This document shows positions 28,619 to 39,325 of a DNA stretch of 64,000 bases, piece by piece (the stretch's first letter is position 1; the number at the start of each line of letters is the position of its first letter). Below the pieces are notes generated by a model that saw only the letters and a list, made by a program, of their open reading frames with translations, was not told the DNA's origin and did no database searches. The stretch lies in NCBI GenBank assembly GCA_050174015.1, contig JBFXKG010000005.1, positions 1 through 64,000 on the forward strand, in the 5' to 3' direction. Made by a program: the position numbers and the translations under genes. This DNA comes from Candidatus Krumholzibacteriia bacterium. GTDB taxonomy: Bacteria > Krumholzibacteriota > Krumholzibacteriia > LZORAL124-64-63.

Positions 28619-29642
28619 GCGCGGCCCGGAGCCCGACCGCGAGGCCGGGATCCGGCCACCCGACCTGAAACGGGAACTGGCCGTCTTCCTCGCCCGCGAC
28701 CGCGACCGCTGGCTGGCCGGCCGCCCCGGCTGGGTGGACGTCCCCTGTCCGGCCTGCACCGCCACAGCCCCGACCACCTTCGAGGTCCGGGGCTATCCCT
28801 TCACCGAGTGCCCCGGTTGCGGCACCGTCTTCCACAATCCGCGGCCCACCGAGGCCCAGCTCGCAGCCTACTACGCCGCGGCGGAAAGCTACCGGTACTG
28901 GGCCGAGCGGATCTTCCCGGCCACGGCGCAGCGCCGGCGCGAGATGATCGCCCGGCCCCTGGCCGAAACCGTGGCGGCGCTCGCACCTGCGGGCGGCGGC
29001 GGGACCCTGCTCGAGATCGGGCCGGGCGCCGGTCTGTTCCTGGAGGAGATCAGGGCCCTGGGAGTCTTCGCCGAGCTGATCGCCGTCGAGCCGACCCCCT
29101 CGCTGGCGGAGGTCCTGCGCGGCAAAGGGTTCACGGTCCACGAGGCGATGGCAGCCGCGGCCGACCTTCCGCCCGCCGACGTGGTCTGCGCCTTCGAGGT
29201 CATCGAACACGTCTTCGATCCGGGCGCCTTCCTGCGGGACCTTGCGACGGTGCTGCCCCCCGGGGGGCTGCTGGTGCTCAGCTGTCCCAACGTCCGCGGC
29301 TTCGACTTCCAGGTGCTGGGTTTCGAGCGGGCCGAGAACTTCGGGCTGGAGCACGTCAACATGTTCCACCCCGCGTCGCTCGAGACCCTGCTCGAGCGGA
29401 GCGGCTTCACGGTGGAGTCGATCGCCACGCCGGGGCGGCTGGACGCCGACCTGGTCCGGCAGCAGATCCTCGACGGGCGATTCGACGCGGCCGCCCATCC
29501 CTTCCTGCGCCGCATCCTGGTCGAGGAATGGGACCGCCTGGGCGGCCCTTTCCAGGCGTTCCTCAGGGACCACGGGCTGAGCTCGAACATGCTGGTGACG
29601 GCGCGCCGGGGACCCGCGGCCTCTCCTGACGGATCACCCTAG
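28608..29642 (+). CDS. Class I SAM methyltransferase with N-terminal Zn-binding CxxC pairs
   Basis: CPAC, CPGC, LLEIGPGAG, FEVIEHVFDP. Confidence 0.85.
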   Translation: MSSERGPEPDREAGIRPPDLKRELAVFLARDRDRWLAGRPGWVDVPCPACTATAPTTFEVRGYPFTECPGCGTVFHNPRPTEAQLAAYYAAAESYRYWAERIFPATAQRRREMIARPLAETVAALAPAGGGGTLLEIGPGAGLFLEEIRALGVFAELIAVEPTPSLAEVLRGKGFTVHEAMAAAADLPPADVVCAFEVIEHVFDPGAFLRDLATVLPPGGLLVLSCPNVRGFDFQVLGFERAENFGLEHVNMFHPASLETLLERSGFTVESIATPGRLDADLVRQQILDGRFDAAAHPFLRRILVEEWDRLGGPFQAFLRDHGLSSNMLVTARRGPAASPDGSP

Positions 29643-29908
29643 GTCTTGAAGTTGAACATTCGCTTTATTGGCGGGCGCGGAACGGGGCCCACTCATCGTA
29701 TTGCGCTGCAACATCTTGGATTCAGCAGTCGGCACGGCCTACCCGGATTTCCCGCAAAAAACCGCGTAAAGACAAAACATACAAAATTAGTATGAATTAC
29801 CTTGAATCCGGATTCCTCCTTCTGTCACAATCATGGGGAGGTTCGCCATCCTGGGTTCGAGCATCCGCTCGATCGAGGACAATCACCCAAAAAAGAGGGA
29901 GATACACC

Positions 29909-30412
29909 ATGAGGAAATTCCAGATCGTCATCCTTCTCGGCCTCGCCCTGGCCGTGTTCGGTTGCAGCAGCGACCAGTCCACCAACCCCACCTCCACCCA
30001 GCTCAACGACGTGCGGATGGACCTGGCCGCCGAGCTGCCCGGCACGCCCAACGCCAATCCGGCCCTCGACCCCAAGGAGATCGTGCTGTCCGAGGAAGGT
30101 CTGGAAGGCCTGTTCGGTCCCGACAAGCTCCCTCCCTGCATCCAGGTGACCGACAACTGGGGCTTCGTCTGGACCCTGAACATCAGCGGCGGAGCCGTGA
30201 CCGGGACCGCCGTCTATGCCGGGGCGGTCTGGGACGTCCAGGGAACGGGCCGGACCATCAACGCCTACACCCGCGACCCCGCCGCCTACTGCGACTTCGT
30301 CTACTACGTCGAGGTCATCGACCAGGCCCAGCGCTTCGCCTCGGGGTCCTGGCAGAACACCTCCTGTTCCGGCAGCGGCGCCTGGAGCGGCACGGGGAGC
30401 GCCTGTCCCTGA
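29909..30412 (+). CDS. Hypothetical lipoprotein
   Basis: MRKFQ...LAVFG-C lipobox, SD GAGGGAG, downstream terminator. Confidence 0.75.
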   Translation: MRKFQIVILLGLALAVFGCSSDQSTNPTSTQLNDVRMDLAAELPGTPNANPALDPKEIVLSEEGLEGLFGPDKLPPCIQVTDNWGFVWTLNISGGAVTGTAVYAGAVWDVQGTGRTINAYTRDPAAYCDFVYYVEVIDQAQRFASGSWQNTSCSGSGAWSGTGSACP

Positions 30413-30439
30413 TTCCAGCTCCGCCATGGTCCATGGACC

Positions 30440-30471
30440 GAGGCCCGCACCCCCCGGAGGGTGCGGGCCTC
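30440..30471. terminator. Hairpin terminator between convergent genes
   Basis: GAGGCCCGCACCC-loop-GGGTGCGGGCCTC. Confidence 0.65.
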
Positions 30472-30496
30472 TCGTTTCCCCGGCGCAAGCCGCCGG

Positions 30497-33190
30497 TCAG
30501 GACAGCGGCTTGCCGTTCTCGTCCACGATGACCGGCGCGGGGAAACCGGCTTCCTGCAACTGGGGCGCCACGGTTTCCCGGTCGCCGACCAGGACCACCA
30601 GCAGTTCGTCCCAGGCGAAGAGGCCCGAGCGGGCCAGGGCGTTCAGACCGTCCAGGTCGATGGCGGGGATCGCGGCCAGGTCGAGGCGCAGGGCGCCGGC
30701 CGGCCGGCCTTCCTGGACGAAGCCCGAGACCAGGCGGGCCATCTCGCCGGTGGTGGAGCCGGCGTTCTCCAAATCGAAGCGGACGGTGCGCACGGCCTTC
30801 TCCAGCTCGTCGCCGGTGACGTCGCCGCCGGCCAGGCCCTGGAACTCCTTGCGGAACTCGGACAGGGCGGGGCCGGTGACCTGGGACTGGACCGCCGAGC
30901 CGGCCATCAGGATCCACTGGCCGCCGTCCTCGCGGAAGCGGGACCTGGCGCCGTAGGAGTAGCCGTGCTCCTCGCGGATGTTCTGCATCAGGCGGCTCGT
31001 GAACGACCCGCCGAACAGGGTGTTCAGGCATTCCCGTTCCACTCGCCCTGCGGCGTCGGGCGCGGCCACGGGCCGGACGATGGTGATCACGGTCTGGGCC
31101 GCGCCGGGCCGATCGACCAGCAGGATCCCCGGCCGCGGTTCGATCACGGGGGTCAGGGCCGGAGCCTCCGCGCCGGACCCGCCCCTCCACTTGCCGAGCT
31201 GCCGGTCCAGGGCGTCCTTGATCTCGCGGGCGGTGAAGTCCCCCACGAAGACGAAGGAGGCCCGGCCGGGGTCGAGCAGGAGGTCGACGCCGGCCGTCAC
31301 GTCGGCGAGGGCCAGGGCCTCCAGGGATTCCAGCCAGCCTTCGGCCGGCCTGCCGCGGGGATCGTCGGGACCGAACAGCGCCGCGGCGGTCACGGTCTGG
31401 GCCAGCCGGTTGGGATTCTCGGCCCGCGACCGGATGGAACCCCGCGCCAGGTCCTTCTCGCGGTCGAAGTCCGCGCGGGAGAGGGTGGGCCGCAGCAGGG
31501 CGTCCGCCCACAGGGCCAGGGTCGGTTCGAGGCGGGATGTCAGCCCGGAGACCTCGACGGTCACCGCGGCGGTGGAGGCCCGGGCGTCCACCCGGGCTCC
31601 CAGGGCGGCGACGGCCTCGGCGTAGGCCGACGCGTCGCGGTCCCCGGCGCCCTTGGTGATCAGGGTGGCGCACAGGGAGGCCAGGCCGGCCTGGCTGCCG
31701 GGCAGCAGACGCTCCCCGCCGTCGATGATGACCGCACCGCTGAACAGTCCGCTGCCTGGCCGGCTGACCACGTACAGGGGCCGGCCGTTCTTCAGTTCCA
31801 GGACCTCCGGGACGGCCGGCGCGGCGGCGCGTTCGGCCAGGTCCTGGGGCCTCTGGTCGAGATCGGCTCCGGCGACGGCGGCCCCTTCGGGCAGGACGCG
31901 CAGGTCCAGCCGGCCCTCGCCCAGCACCTGCGTGCTCCAGCGGCGGATCGACTCGGGCGTGGGCGCGAGGCGGCGGGCCAGGTCGCGGTCGAAGCTGTCG
32001 GCCTCGCCGTAGGCCTTGCGGTAGGCGTTGAGCATATCGGCCCGGCGGCGCAGGCTCTCCTTCTGCCGCAGGAAACCCGACTCGATCGCGGCCTTCACCC
32101 GGTCGAGCTCGGCCGCTCCGGGACCTTCGGCCTGCAGGCGGGCGATCTCCTCGAGGACGACCTGCTTGATGCGCTCGAGATCGGCGCCCTCGGCGGCGGT
32201 GGCCTCGATGTGGAACTCCGAGCCGAGCTCCTTGCTGTACTGGTAGACGTTCACGTCCTGGGCGAGCTTGTCCTGCCGGACCAGGCGTTCGACGAGGCGG
32301 CCGGTGGTGCGGTCCGCCAGCAGGGAGGCGACGACGTCCATGTCCGCATCCCCCTCGCGGTAAGCGGCGGGGGAGTGCCAGACCAGGTAGATCCGCGGAT
32401 AGCTGACCCGGTCGGTGGCGAGGCGGCGGATCTCCCGCTCCATGACCACGGGCTCGGCCGTCAGGTGCTCGGGCAGGGGACGGGCGGGGACCGCGCCGAA
32501 GGTCCGGTTCACCAGATCCAGCGCCTCGTCGCGGTCGAAGTCTCCGGCCACCACCAGGGTGGCGTTGCCGGGCACGTAGTAGGTGTCGAAGAAACCGATG
32601 ACGTCCTGCACGGTGGCGGCCTCGAGATCCTCGTGGCTGCCGATGATCGAGTGCTGGTAGGGATGCCCCGCCGGATACAGCGCATCGGGGATCATCAGCT
32701 CGGCCTTGCCGTAGGGCTGGTTGTCCACGCTCTGGCGGCGCTCGTTCCGCACCACGCTCTTCTGCAGTTCCAGCTTCTCCTGCGTCATGGCCTTGCTCAG
32801 GCCCTCGAGCCGGTCCGCATCGAGCCACAGGAGGGTGGGCAGGAGGGACCGCGGCCCCCAGCTGTAGTAGTTGGTGCGGTCGGTCCCGGTCGAGGCGTTG
32901 TTGGCCCCGCCGCCCCGTTCCATGAGCACGTCGAACTGGTTGTCCGGGACGCGGTCGGTCCCCATGAACATCAGGTGTTCGAAGAGGTGGGCGAACCCGG
33001 TGCGTCCGGGCGCCTCGTCCTTCGAGCCGACGTGGAACCAGGTGTTGATGGTCACCATGGGCTGGGTGGGATCCTGGTGCAGGATCACGGTCAGGCCGTT
33101 GGGCAGGGTGACGGTCTCGATGGACATGGGAGCGGCTCCGGCCGCGGCGGCGGCGAGGATGAGGGTCACGGCGAAAAGGACGGGTCGCAT
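30497..33190 (-). CDS. M16 zinc protease, two-half fusion, secreted
   Basis: GFAHLFEHLMFMGT, NNAST, SRLMQNIREEHGYSYG; start MRPVLF. Confidence 0.9.
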   Translation of the reverse strand: MRPVLFAVTLILAAAAAGAAPMSIETVTLPNGLTVILHQDPTQPMVTINTWFHVGSKDEAPGRTGFAHLFEHLMFMGTDRVPDNQFDVLMERGGGANNASTGTDRTNYYSWGPRSLLPTLLWLDADRLEGLSKAMTQEKLELQKSVVRNERRQSVDNQPYGKAELMIPDALYPAGHPYQHSIIGSHEDLEAATVQDVIGFFDTYYVPGNATLVVAGDFDRDEALDLVNRTFGAVPARPLPEHLTAEPVVMEREIRRLATDRVSYPRIYLVWHSPAAYREGDADMDVVASLLADRTTGRLVERLVRQDKLAQDVNVYQYSKELGSEFHIEATAAEGADLERIKQVVLEEIARLQAEGPGAAELDRVKAAIESGFLRQKESLRRRADMLNAYRKAYGEADSFDRDLARRLAPTPESIRRWSTQVLGEGRLDLRVLPEGAAVAGADLDQRPQDLAERAAAPAVPEVLELKNGRPLYVVSRPGSGLFSGAVIIDGGERLLPGSQAGLASLCATLITKGAGDRDASAYAEAVAALGARVDARASTAAVTVEVSGLTSRLEPTLALWADALLRPTLSRADFDREKDLARGSIRSRAENPNRLAQTVTAAALFGPDDPRGRPAEGWLESLEALALADVTAGVDLLLDPGRASFVFVGDFTAREIKDALDRQLGKWRGGSGAEAPALTPVIEPRPGILLVDRPGAAQTVITIVRPVAAPDAAGRVERECLNTLFGGSFTSRLMQNIREEHGYSYGARSRFREDGGQWILMAGSAVQSQVTGPALSEFRKEFQGLAGGDVTGDELEKAVRTVRFDLENAGSTTGEMARLVSGFVQEGRPAGALRLDLAAIPAIDLDGLNALARSGLFAWDELLVVLVGDRETVAPQLQEAGFPAPVIVDENGKPLS

Positions 33191-33311
33191 GAGGTCCTCC
33201 GGGCAAGGGTGTTCGGTCCGCAGCGGGCGGGTAACGTGCCGCAGGCAATCGAGCCAGACTAACAGAAAACGAGGGGAAGCGCCCCCTTGTTGCACCGGAA
33301 TCGCTGGACGG

Positions 33312-35537
33312 TCAGGATTCGCCCTTGGCCCGTCGTTCCCTCTGGTAGAGCAGGGAAATGGCCAGGAGCAGGATCCCCACCCCTACGAAGGAGATGATCC
33401 GGAATCCGGGGGAAAGGGCCCGCATGTCCACCAGGAAGACCTTGAGGATCACGGCCGCGAGCAGGGCCATGCCGGCCAGGCGCAGGGCCTTCTTCCCGGT
33501 CAGGAAACCCGCCCAGATCGTTCCTCCCCCGTAGAGGGTCCAGAAGATCGAGATGGCGACCAGGGCCCCCCAGGCGGAGTTCCTTCCGAATGAGACCTCC
33601 CTGACGCGGAACCAGGCGGCGATTTCCAGGGAGAACATGGCCAGCACGAGGGCCAGGATACCCAGCACCAGGGGAACGGCCAGGACCGGGGCCCAGGGTG
33701 GAGCGTCCCTTCCGGTGCCGGCGCAAAACCGGTGGGTGCGGACCAGGGCCAGGGCCGTCACGCCGCCCGCGATGAAGCCGCCGTTGAGGAAGGACCGCCA
33801 GCCTTGGGCCTGGACGAAGGCCATGACCGCGTGGGATCCCACTGAAAGCAAGAGCGCCAGGGCGAGATCGACCAGCGCCAGTCCCTGGAGCCAGCCAATG
33901 CCTCGGCGGCAGCCGATCTCGAAGAGGGCGGCGCCGTAGAGCGCCCAGGCCAGGGGGACCGAAACCAGGGACGGTTCGTGTTCGAAGTCCATTCCGGTCC
34001 AGCGGGCCACCTCGGAGGTCAGCACCCACCAGCCCAGCACCGCGGCGAGAGGCAGGATGCGGCGGAGCCAGGGCTTTTCCCAGGCCGGGGCGGTCGCCTG
34101 CAGCCGGTGGCCGATCCGGTCGGCGGCCACCAGCAATGCCACGACCCCGGCGTCCCCGCCGAAAGCAAGATGGAGGAACAGGGGTGCATCCGGGGGTGCG
34201 CATGACCCGGTCACCAGGATCCTTCCGGAGGCGAAGGCCAGACCCACCAGGGCGGCGATGCGGTGGTGGGGGTCATCCAGCCGCCAGCCCATCACCAGGA
34301 AGAGGATGCCGAGCAGGGCCCAGGCCAGCGAAATGGTGAAGCTGTCGAACTGGACGGGAATCGCCAGGATGCCCAGGGCCGCGCCCGTGTAGAAGTTCGC
34401 CACCAGGGCGGGATCGTCGCGGCGGGTCCGACCTCCCCACAGGGCGGAGGCGAGGTAGACGATGGCGACCAGGAAGAGCGCCCCCCCGCGCCACCCGGAA
34501 AGGGCCCCACCCAGGGAGGCATGGACGGCTCCGGAAAAGGCTGCGCCGTTGGCGGCCGCCACGGCGGTGCGGGCCATTCCCCAGAATCCCGGCTGCATGC
34601 GCCCCACCCAGGGGACCATCCCGTAAAGCACCCACAGGACGGTCAGGGGGCCGAGCACCCCGGCGAGCCGATCCTGGACGAACCCCTGGTCCCACCAGGC
34701 GGAAACCAGGATGCATGTCCCCAGGAACCCGCCCAGGGGCAATCCGGCCCAGCCCTTCCGCCGGCCGCCCAGGACCGCCCCGAGGCCCACGGCGATCAGG
34801 TAGGACAGCAGGGCGGTTCCTTCGCCGGTCGCCCGGGTCAGCACCAGGGGCGTCAGCAGGGCGCCGACCAGGGTCAGCACGGCGATGGTCAGGGAGTCTT
34901 CCCGCAGGGCGGCCACCGCTCCGATCACGGCCACCGCGAGCAACAGGGGCAGGACGATCTCCACGGGCACGAGGCGGTGGAAGCCGAACATCCCGTACGC
35001 CGCGAGGAAGAGCAGGGCGATGCCCCCGCCCAGCAGGCCGAGACCGAGGAAGCGCTGGACCCTGCCGAGCAGCAGGCGGCCGACGCCGAGGAAGGCGAGG
35101 GCGACGGTGGCGGCGATCAGGATCTGGAGGGGGCCGGCAAGGGGGGAATCGCCAAGGTCGATGGCCAGGAAGAAGGCCGTGCCCAGGAAGATGGCGACGA
35201 CGCCCAGCCAGGTCAGCCACTGGCCGCCGATGATCTTCTCGAGGTCGGGAACCGGAACCCGATGGCGCATCCCGCCGCCGGGGGCCACGGGAATCGCCGC
35301 AGGGGGGGGGACCGGGGAAGGCGGACGGGCGGCCACCGGGCGGGGGGCGGGGCCGGATTCGGCCGGTTCGGCCCTGGGGCCGTCCAGGGGTTTCTCGAAG
35401 GTCGCCAGCCTTCCCCGCAGGGAATCGACCTCCCGCCGCAGGTGGCCCAGGTCCCTGCGGGTGACCAGCATCAGGATGGAGGAAACCAGGATCAGGCCCA
35501 CGATCCCGAAAAACACCAGGATGGCGAAAATTTCCAA
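33312..35537 (-). CDS. DUF2339-like polytopic membrane protein
   Basis: LEKIIGGQWLTWLG, GLLGGG..LFLAAY, C-terminal KVFLVDM...RIISFVGVG. Confidence 0.8.
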   Translation of the reverse strand: MEIFAILVFFGIVGLILVSSILMLVTRRDLGHLRREVDSLRGRLATFEKPLDGPRAEPAESGPAPRPVAARPPSPVPPPAAIPVAPGGGMRHRVPVPDLEKIIGGQWLTWLGVVAIFLGTAFFLAIDLGDSPLAGPLQILIAATVALAFLGVGRLLLGRVQRFLGLGLLGGGIALLFLAAYGMFGFHRLVPVEIVLPLLLAVAVIGAVAALREDSLTIAVLTLVGALLTPLVLTRATGEGTALLSYLIAVGLGAVLGGRRKGWAGLPLGGFLGTCILVSAWWDQGFVQDRLAGVLGPLTVLWVLYGMVPWVGRMQPGFWGMARTAVAAANGAAFSGAVHASLGGALSGWRGGALFLVAIVYLASALWGGRTRRDDPALVANFYTGAALGILAIPVQFDSFTISLAWALLGILFLVMGWRLDDPHHRIAALVGLAFASGRILVTGSCAPPDAPLFLHLAFGGDAGVVALLVAADRIGHRLQATAPAWEKPWLRRILPLAAVLGWWVLTSEVARWTGMDFEHEPSLVSVPLAWALYGAALFEIGCRRGIGWLQGLALVDLALALLLSVGSHAVMAFVQAQGWRSFLNGGFIAGGVTALALVRTHRFCAGTGRDAPPWAPVLAVPLVLGILALVLAMFSLEIAAWFRVREVSFGRNSAWGALVAISIFWTLYGGGTIWAGFLTGKKALRLAGMALLAAVILKVFLVDMRALSPGFRIISFVGVGILLLAISLLYQRERRAKGES

Positions 35538-35640
35538 GCGGATCCCTTCCGTCCTGATCGCCGGGGACCGTCCCGTGAGGCCGGATCATAGGCGGAATTC
35601 CGGGAAAATGCCACAAGCCCGCTCGGATCCTCCCTCGCCT

Positions 35641-36132
35641 TCAGTCCAGGGGATCGAACCAGACGACGTGATAGCTGATCGTGATCTCCTGGCCGGGCTG
35701 GATGTCGCGCACCGCCTCGATGGTCATCCGGGCCGCATCGAAATGCTTGATGTTCCTGGCGTTGGGCCGGTTCGAATGGTTGTAGAGACCGCCCAGGCCA
35801 AGGGCCAGGGCGACCCGCCCCTCCGTCCAGGCGAAGTAGTAGTCCTCGAGGTCGTCGAACCGTTCGCCCCCCTGGCGGGCGGCGGCCTGGTATGGGTCGG
35901 GCGGTGCGTCGGCAACCAGCAGCATGGGGCAGGTCTCGATGACGTCCCCGGCCCGGATGGGCGCGCGGGCGATCACGCCGAGCCCCTTGCCGGGGACCGG
36001 AACCACTTCCACCCCGACGGGCGTCTTGAACGGCGGGGTCACCTGGGCGGGGGACTGGAGGGCGGGGCCCCACTGCTGGCCGCCGTGAACGGAGGCGGCC
36101 GCCTGGCCGCCTCCGACCTGGGGACTCGTCAT
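35641..36132 (-). CDS. SET-domain protein-lysine methyltransferase
   Basis: GKGLGVIA, LYNHSNRPN, RDIQPGQEITISY; ATGA overlap with the upstream stop. Confidence 0.88.
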   Translation of the reverse strand: MTSPQVGGGQAAASVHGGQQWGPALQSPAQVTPPFKTPVGVEVVPVPGKGLGVIARAPIRAGDVIETCPMLLVADAPPDPYQAAARQGGERFDDLEDYYFAWTEGRVALALGLGGLYNHSNRPNARNIKHFDAARMTIEAVRDIQPGQEITISYHVVWFDPLD

Positions 36133-36590
36133 CGATGCACCACCGGTTTCTTGAGGAAAAGGGTTCGAATGTGGGCGCACAGCCGGCGCTCGGTCATCAT
36201 GTCGGCGGCTTCGACTCCGATGATCCGGTCCGCCATGCCCGGACTCAGTTCCAGGACCCTCCTGAACTCCAGCTTGGCTTCGCCCGGACCGCAGATGTAG
36301 ATGCGGTCCGACCCCTGCAGGGCGGCGGCCACCCTCCTGTAGAACCGCAGCAGTTGATTGCTGTAGCGGCGATCCCGCTGGACTTGCCCGGGGGCCGGCA
36401 GGTTGCCGTCGGCGGCCGGCAGGTTGCCTTCGGCGCCCTTCGGAGGGGGGCCGCTCGCGGGACGGACGAGCCGCTTGCCGATCCCCGAGACGAGGGTGCG
36501 GACGGAGACCTGATCGGTGGCGGGGTTGACGATGTGGGCCTGCTCGTGGTCGATCCAGACTCCGACGAAGCTCCTGCCGGTGCTGTCCAT
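36129..36590 (-). CDS. eRF1-domain-2-like / host-attachment-family protein lacking GGQ
   Basis: VGVWIDHEQAHIV, FYRRVAAAL..DRIYICGPGEAKLEF, GVEAADMMT; SD GGAGG 8 nt upstream. Confidence 0.7.
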   Translation of the reverse strand: MDSTGRSFVGVWIDHEQAHIVNPATDQVSVRTLVSGIGKRLVRPASGPPPKGAEGNLPAADGNLPAPGQVQRDRRYSNQLLRFYRRVAAALQGSDRIYICGPGEAKLEFRRVLELSPGMADRIIGVEAADMMTERRLCAHIRTLFLKKPVVHR

Positions 36591-36609
36591 CGACGCCACC
36601 TCCGTAGGG

Positions 36610-36735
36610 TCATCTCTTGGGGGTCTTCTGGAGCCCGAACTTGGGGACGGCCGCGGGCTTGGTGTGAATGGGGACGGGCTTTCCCTTCTCGTGCTTGGGC
36701 TGCTGCAGCGTGGGTTTCTTCGGGGGTGTGGTCAT
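36610..36735 (-). CDS. Small 41-aa Lys/Pro-rich basic peptide
   Basis: AAGGAGG SD 7 nt before ATG; MTTPPKKPTLQQPKHEKGKPVPIHTKPAAVPKFGLQKTPKR; lies between the sigma54 promoter and the next gene's SD. Confidence 0.65.
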   Translation of the reverse strand: MTTPPKKPTLQQPKHEKGKPVPIHTKPAAVPKFGLQKTPKR

Positions 36736-36784
36736 GGCCTGACCTCCTTCGGTCATCCTCCCGATCCTGGGAGGTGGTCCGGAC

Positions 36785-36801
36785 ATGCAAACGGAGGGCC
36801 C
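36785..36801 (-). promoter_or_regulatory. Sigma54 (-24/-12) promoter
   Basis: Minus strand GGGCCCTCCGTTTGCAT = GG-N10-GC with TTGCA; next to a divergent sigma54 activator. Confidence 0.65.
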
Positions 36802-36895
36802 GGTCGCAGATCGCGGGAATTGTTCGTCCAACATGTTGACCTTGAATGAGTTGACGAAAAAGAAGGGCGGGGCCGGGAAGGCTGTGCTATCATTT

Positions 36896-36938
36896 TTCGG
36901 AAATTGATACCCGAATAAACCGGAAACAACTTTCCGAA
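36896..36938. promoter_or_regulatory. Tandem palindromic sites, candidate enhancer (UAS)
   Basis: TTCGGAAA-TTGA-TACCCGAA and ACCGGAAA-CAAC-TTTCCGAA, about 100-140 bp upstream of the sigma54 motif. Confidence 0.5.
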
Positions 36939-36946
36939 GGGATGCC

Positions 36947-38383
<1,437 letters not shown>

Positions 38384-38439
38384 GGGGCCGGGGTTGAACG
38401 CCCCGACCCCTCCTGCGGAACCATCCGGGGATTTCCGCC

Positions 38440-39189
38440 CTACCTCCGCGACGCCATCAGCAGGCGCAGGATGTACCAGAACATCAGGGCCACCGAGGCG
38501 AACAGTTCGAGCGAGGCGGCCACATACCGGTCGTAGGGCCAGTGGCGGATGATGTTGCTGGTGTCGTGCAGGATGGCCGCGCCGGCGAGTCCCACCATCA
38601 GCACCGAGAACCACATCCCCAGTTCCCAGCCGAAGAACACGCCCCCGGCGATGGCCACCAGGGCCAGGATGCCTCCCCAGCGGAGCATGCCGCCGAGGAA
38701 GCTGAAGTCCTTGCGCGTCTGGATCGCGACGGCCGTCAGGCCGACGAACCCCAGGACGGTCAGGATCGCGGCGCTCTGGATCACCCCGCCGCCGGTGTAA
38801 TGTTCGGCGACGTAGAGCAGGGGCGTGAAGATGACAGCCTGGGCGACGACGTAGAGGCCCAGCCCGAGGTACTGCATGCCGGGGCTGGCGGCGCGGGCGG
38901 CCAGGCCCCGGGCGAGCCAGCCTGCGACCATGAAGCCGCCGAGGACCAGCATCCAGTTGACGCCCAGCAGGCTGCGGGCGAGGGACTCGGCCATCCCGCT
39001 CTTGAACAGGTAGACCTCCAGGCCGGTGAAGGCCAGGATCGCCCCCAGCAGGTGGCCGTAGACCCGGACCAGGAACCTGCCCCGCTCGAGGGCGGCGTCC
39101 TGGCCGGCGGAACGGAAGCCGAGGCGGTCGTCCTGGACGGGGATGGCGACGGTCTCGGAGCGATGCGAACGAGGATCTTGACGGTTCAC
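38440..39189 (-). CDS. Bax inhibitor-1/YccA family membrane protein
   Basis: [38 protein letters not shown] start. Confidence 0.85.
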   Translation of the reverse strand: MNRQDPRSHRSETVAIPVQDDRLGFRSAGQDAALERGRFLVRVYGHLLGAILAFTGLEVYLFKSGMAESLARSLLGVNWMLVLGGFMVAGWLARGLAARAASPGMQYLGLGLYVVAQAVIFTPLLYVAEHYTGGGVIQSAAILTVLGFVGLTAVAIQTRKDFSFLGGMLRWGGILALVAIAGGVFFGWELGMWFSVLMVGLAGAAILHDTSNIIRHWPYDRYVAASLELFASVALMFWYILRLLMASRR

Positions 39190-39325
39190 GGTATAACCCC
39201 TTTCTCGAGTCGGGCCTTGTACACCGGGAGTCTGGAGGAATTCCCGGAAAATCGGCAAGGTCAATCAAGGGGCGGGGAGGGGTGCCCGTCGCCGTCCGAC
39301 CGGCCCGGGGCACCACCCCGGAGTC

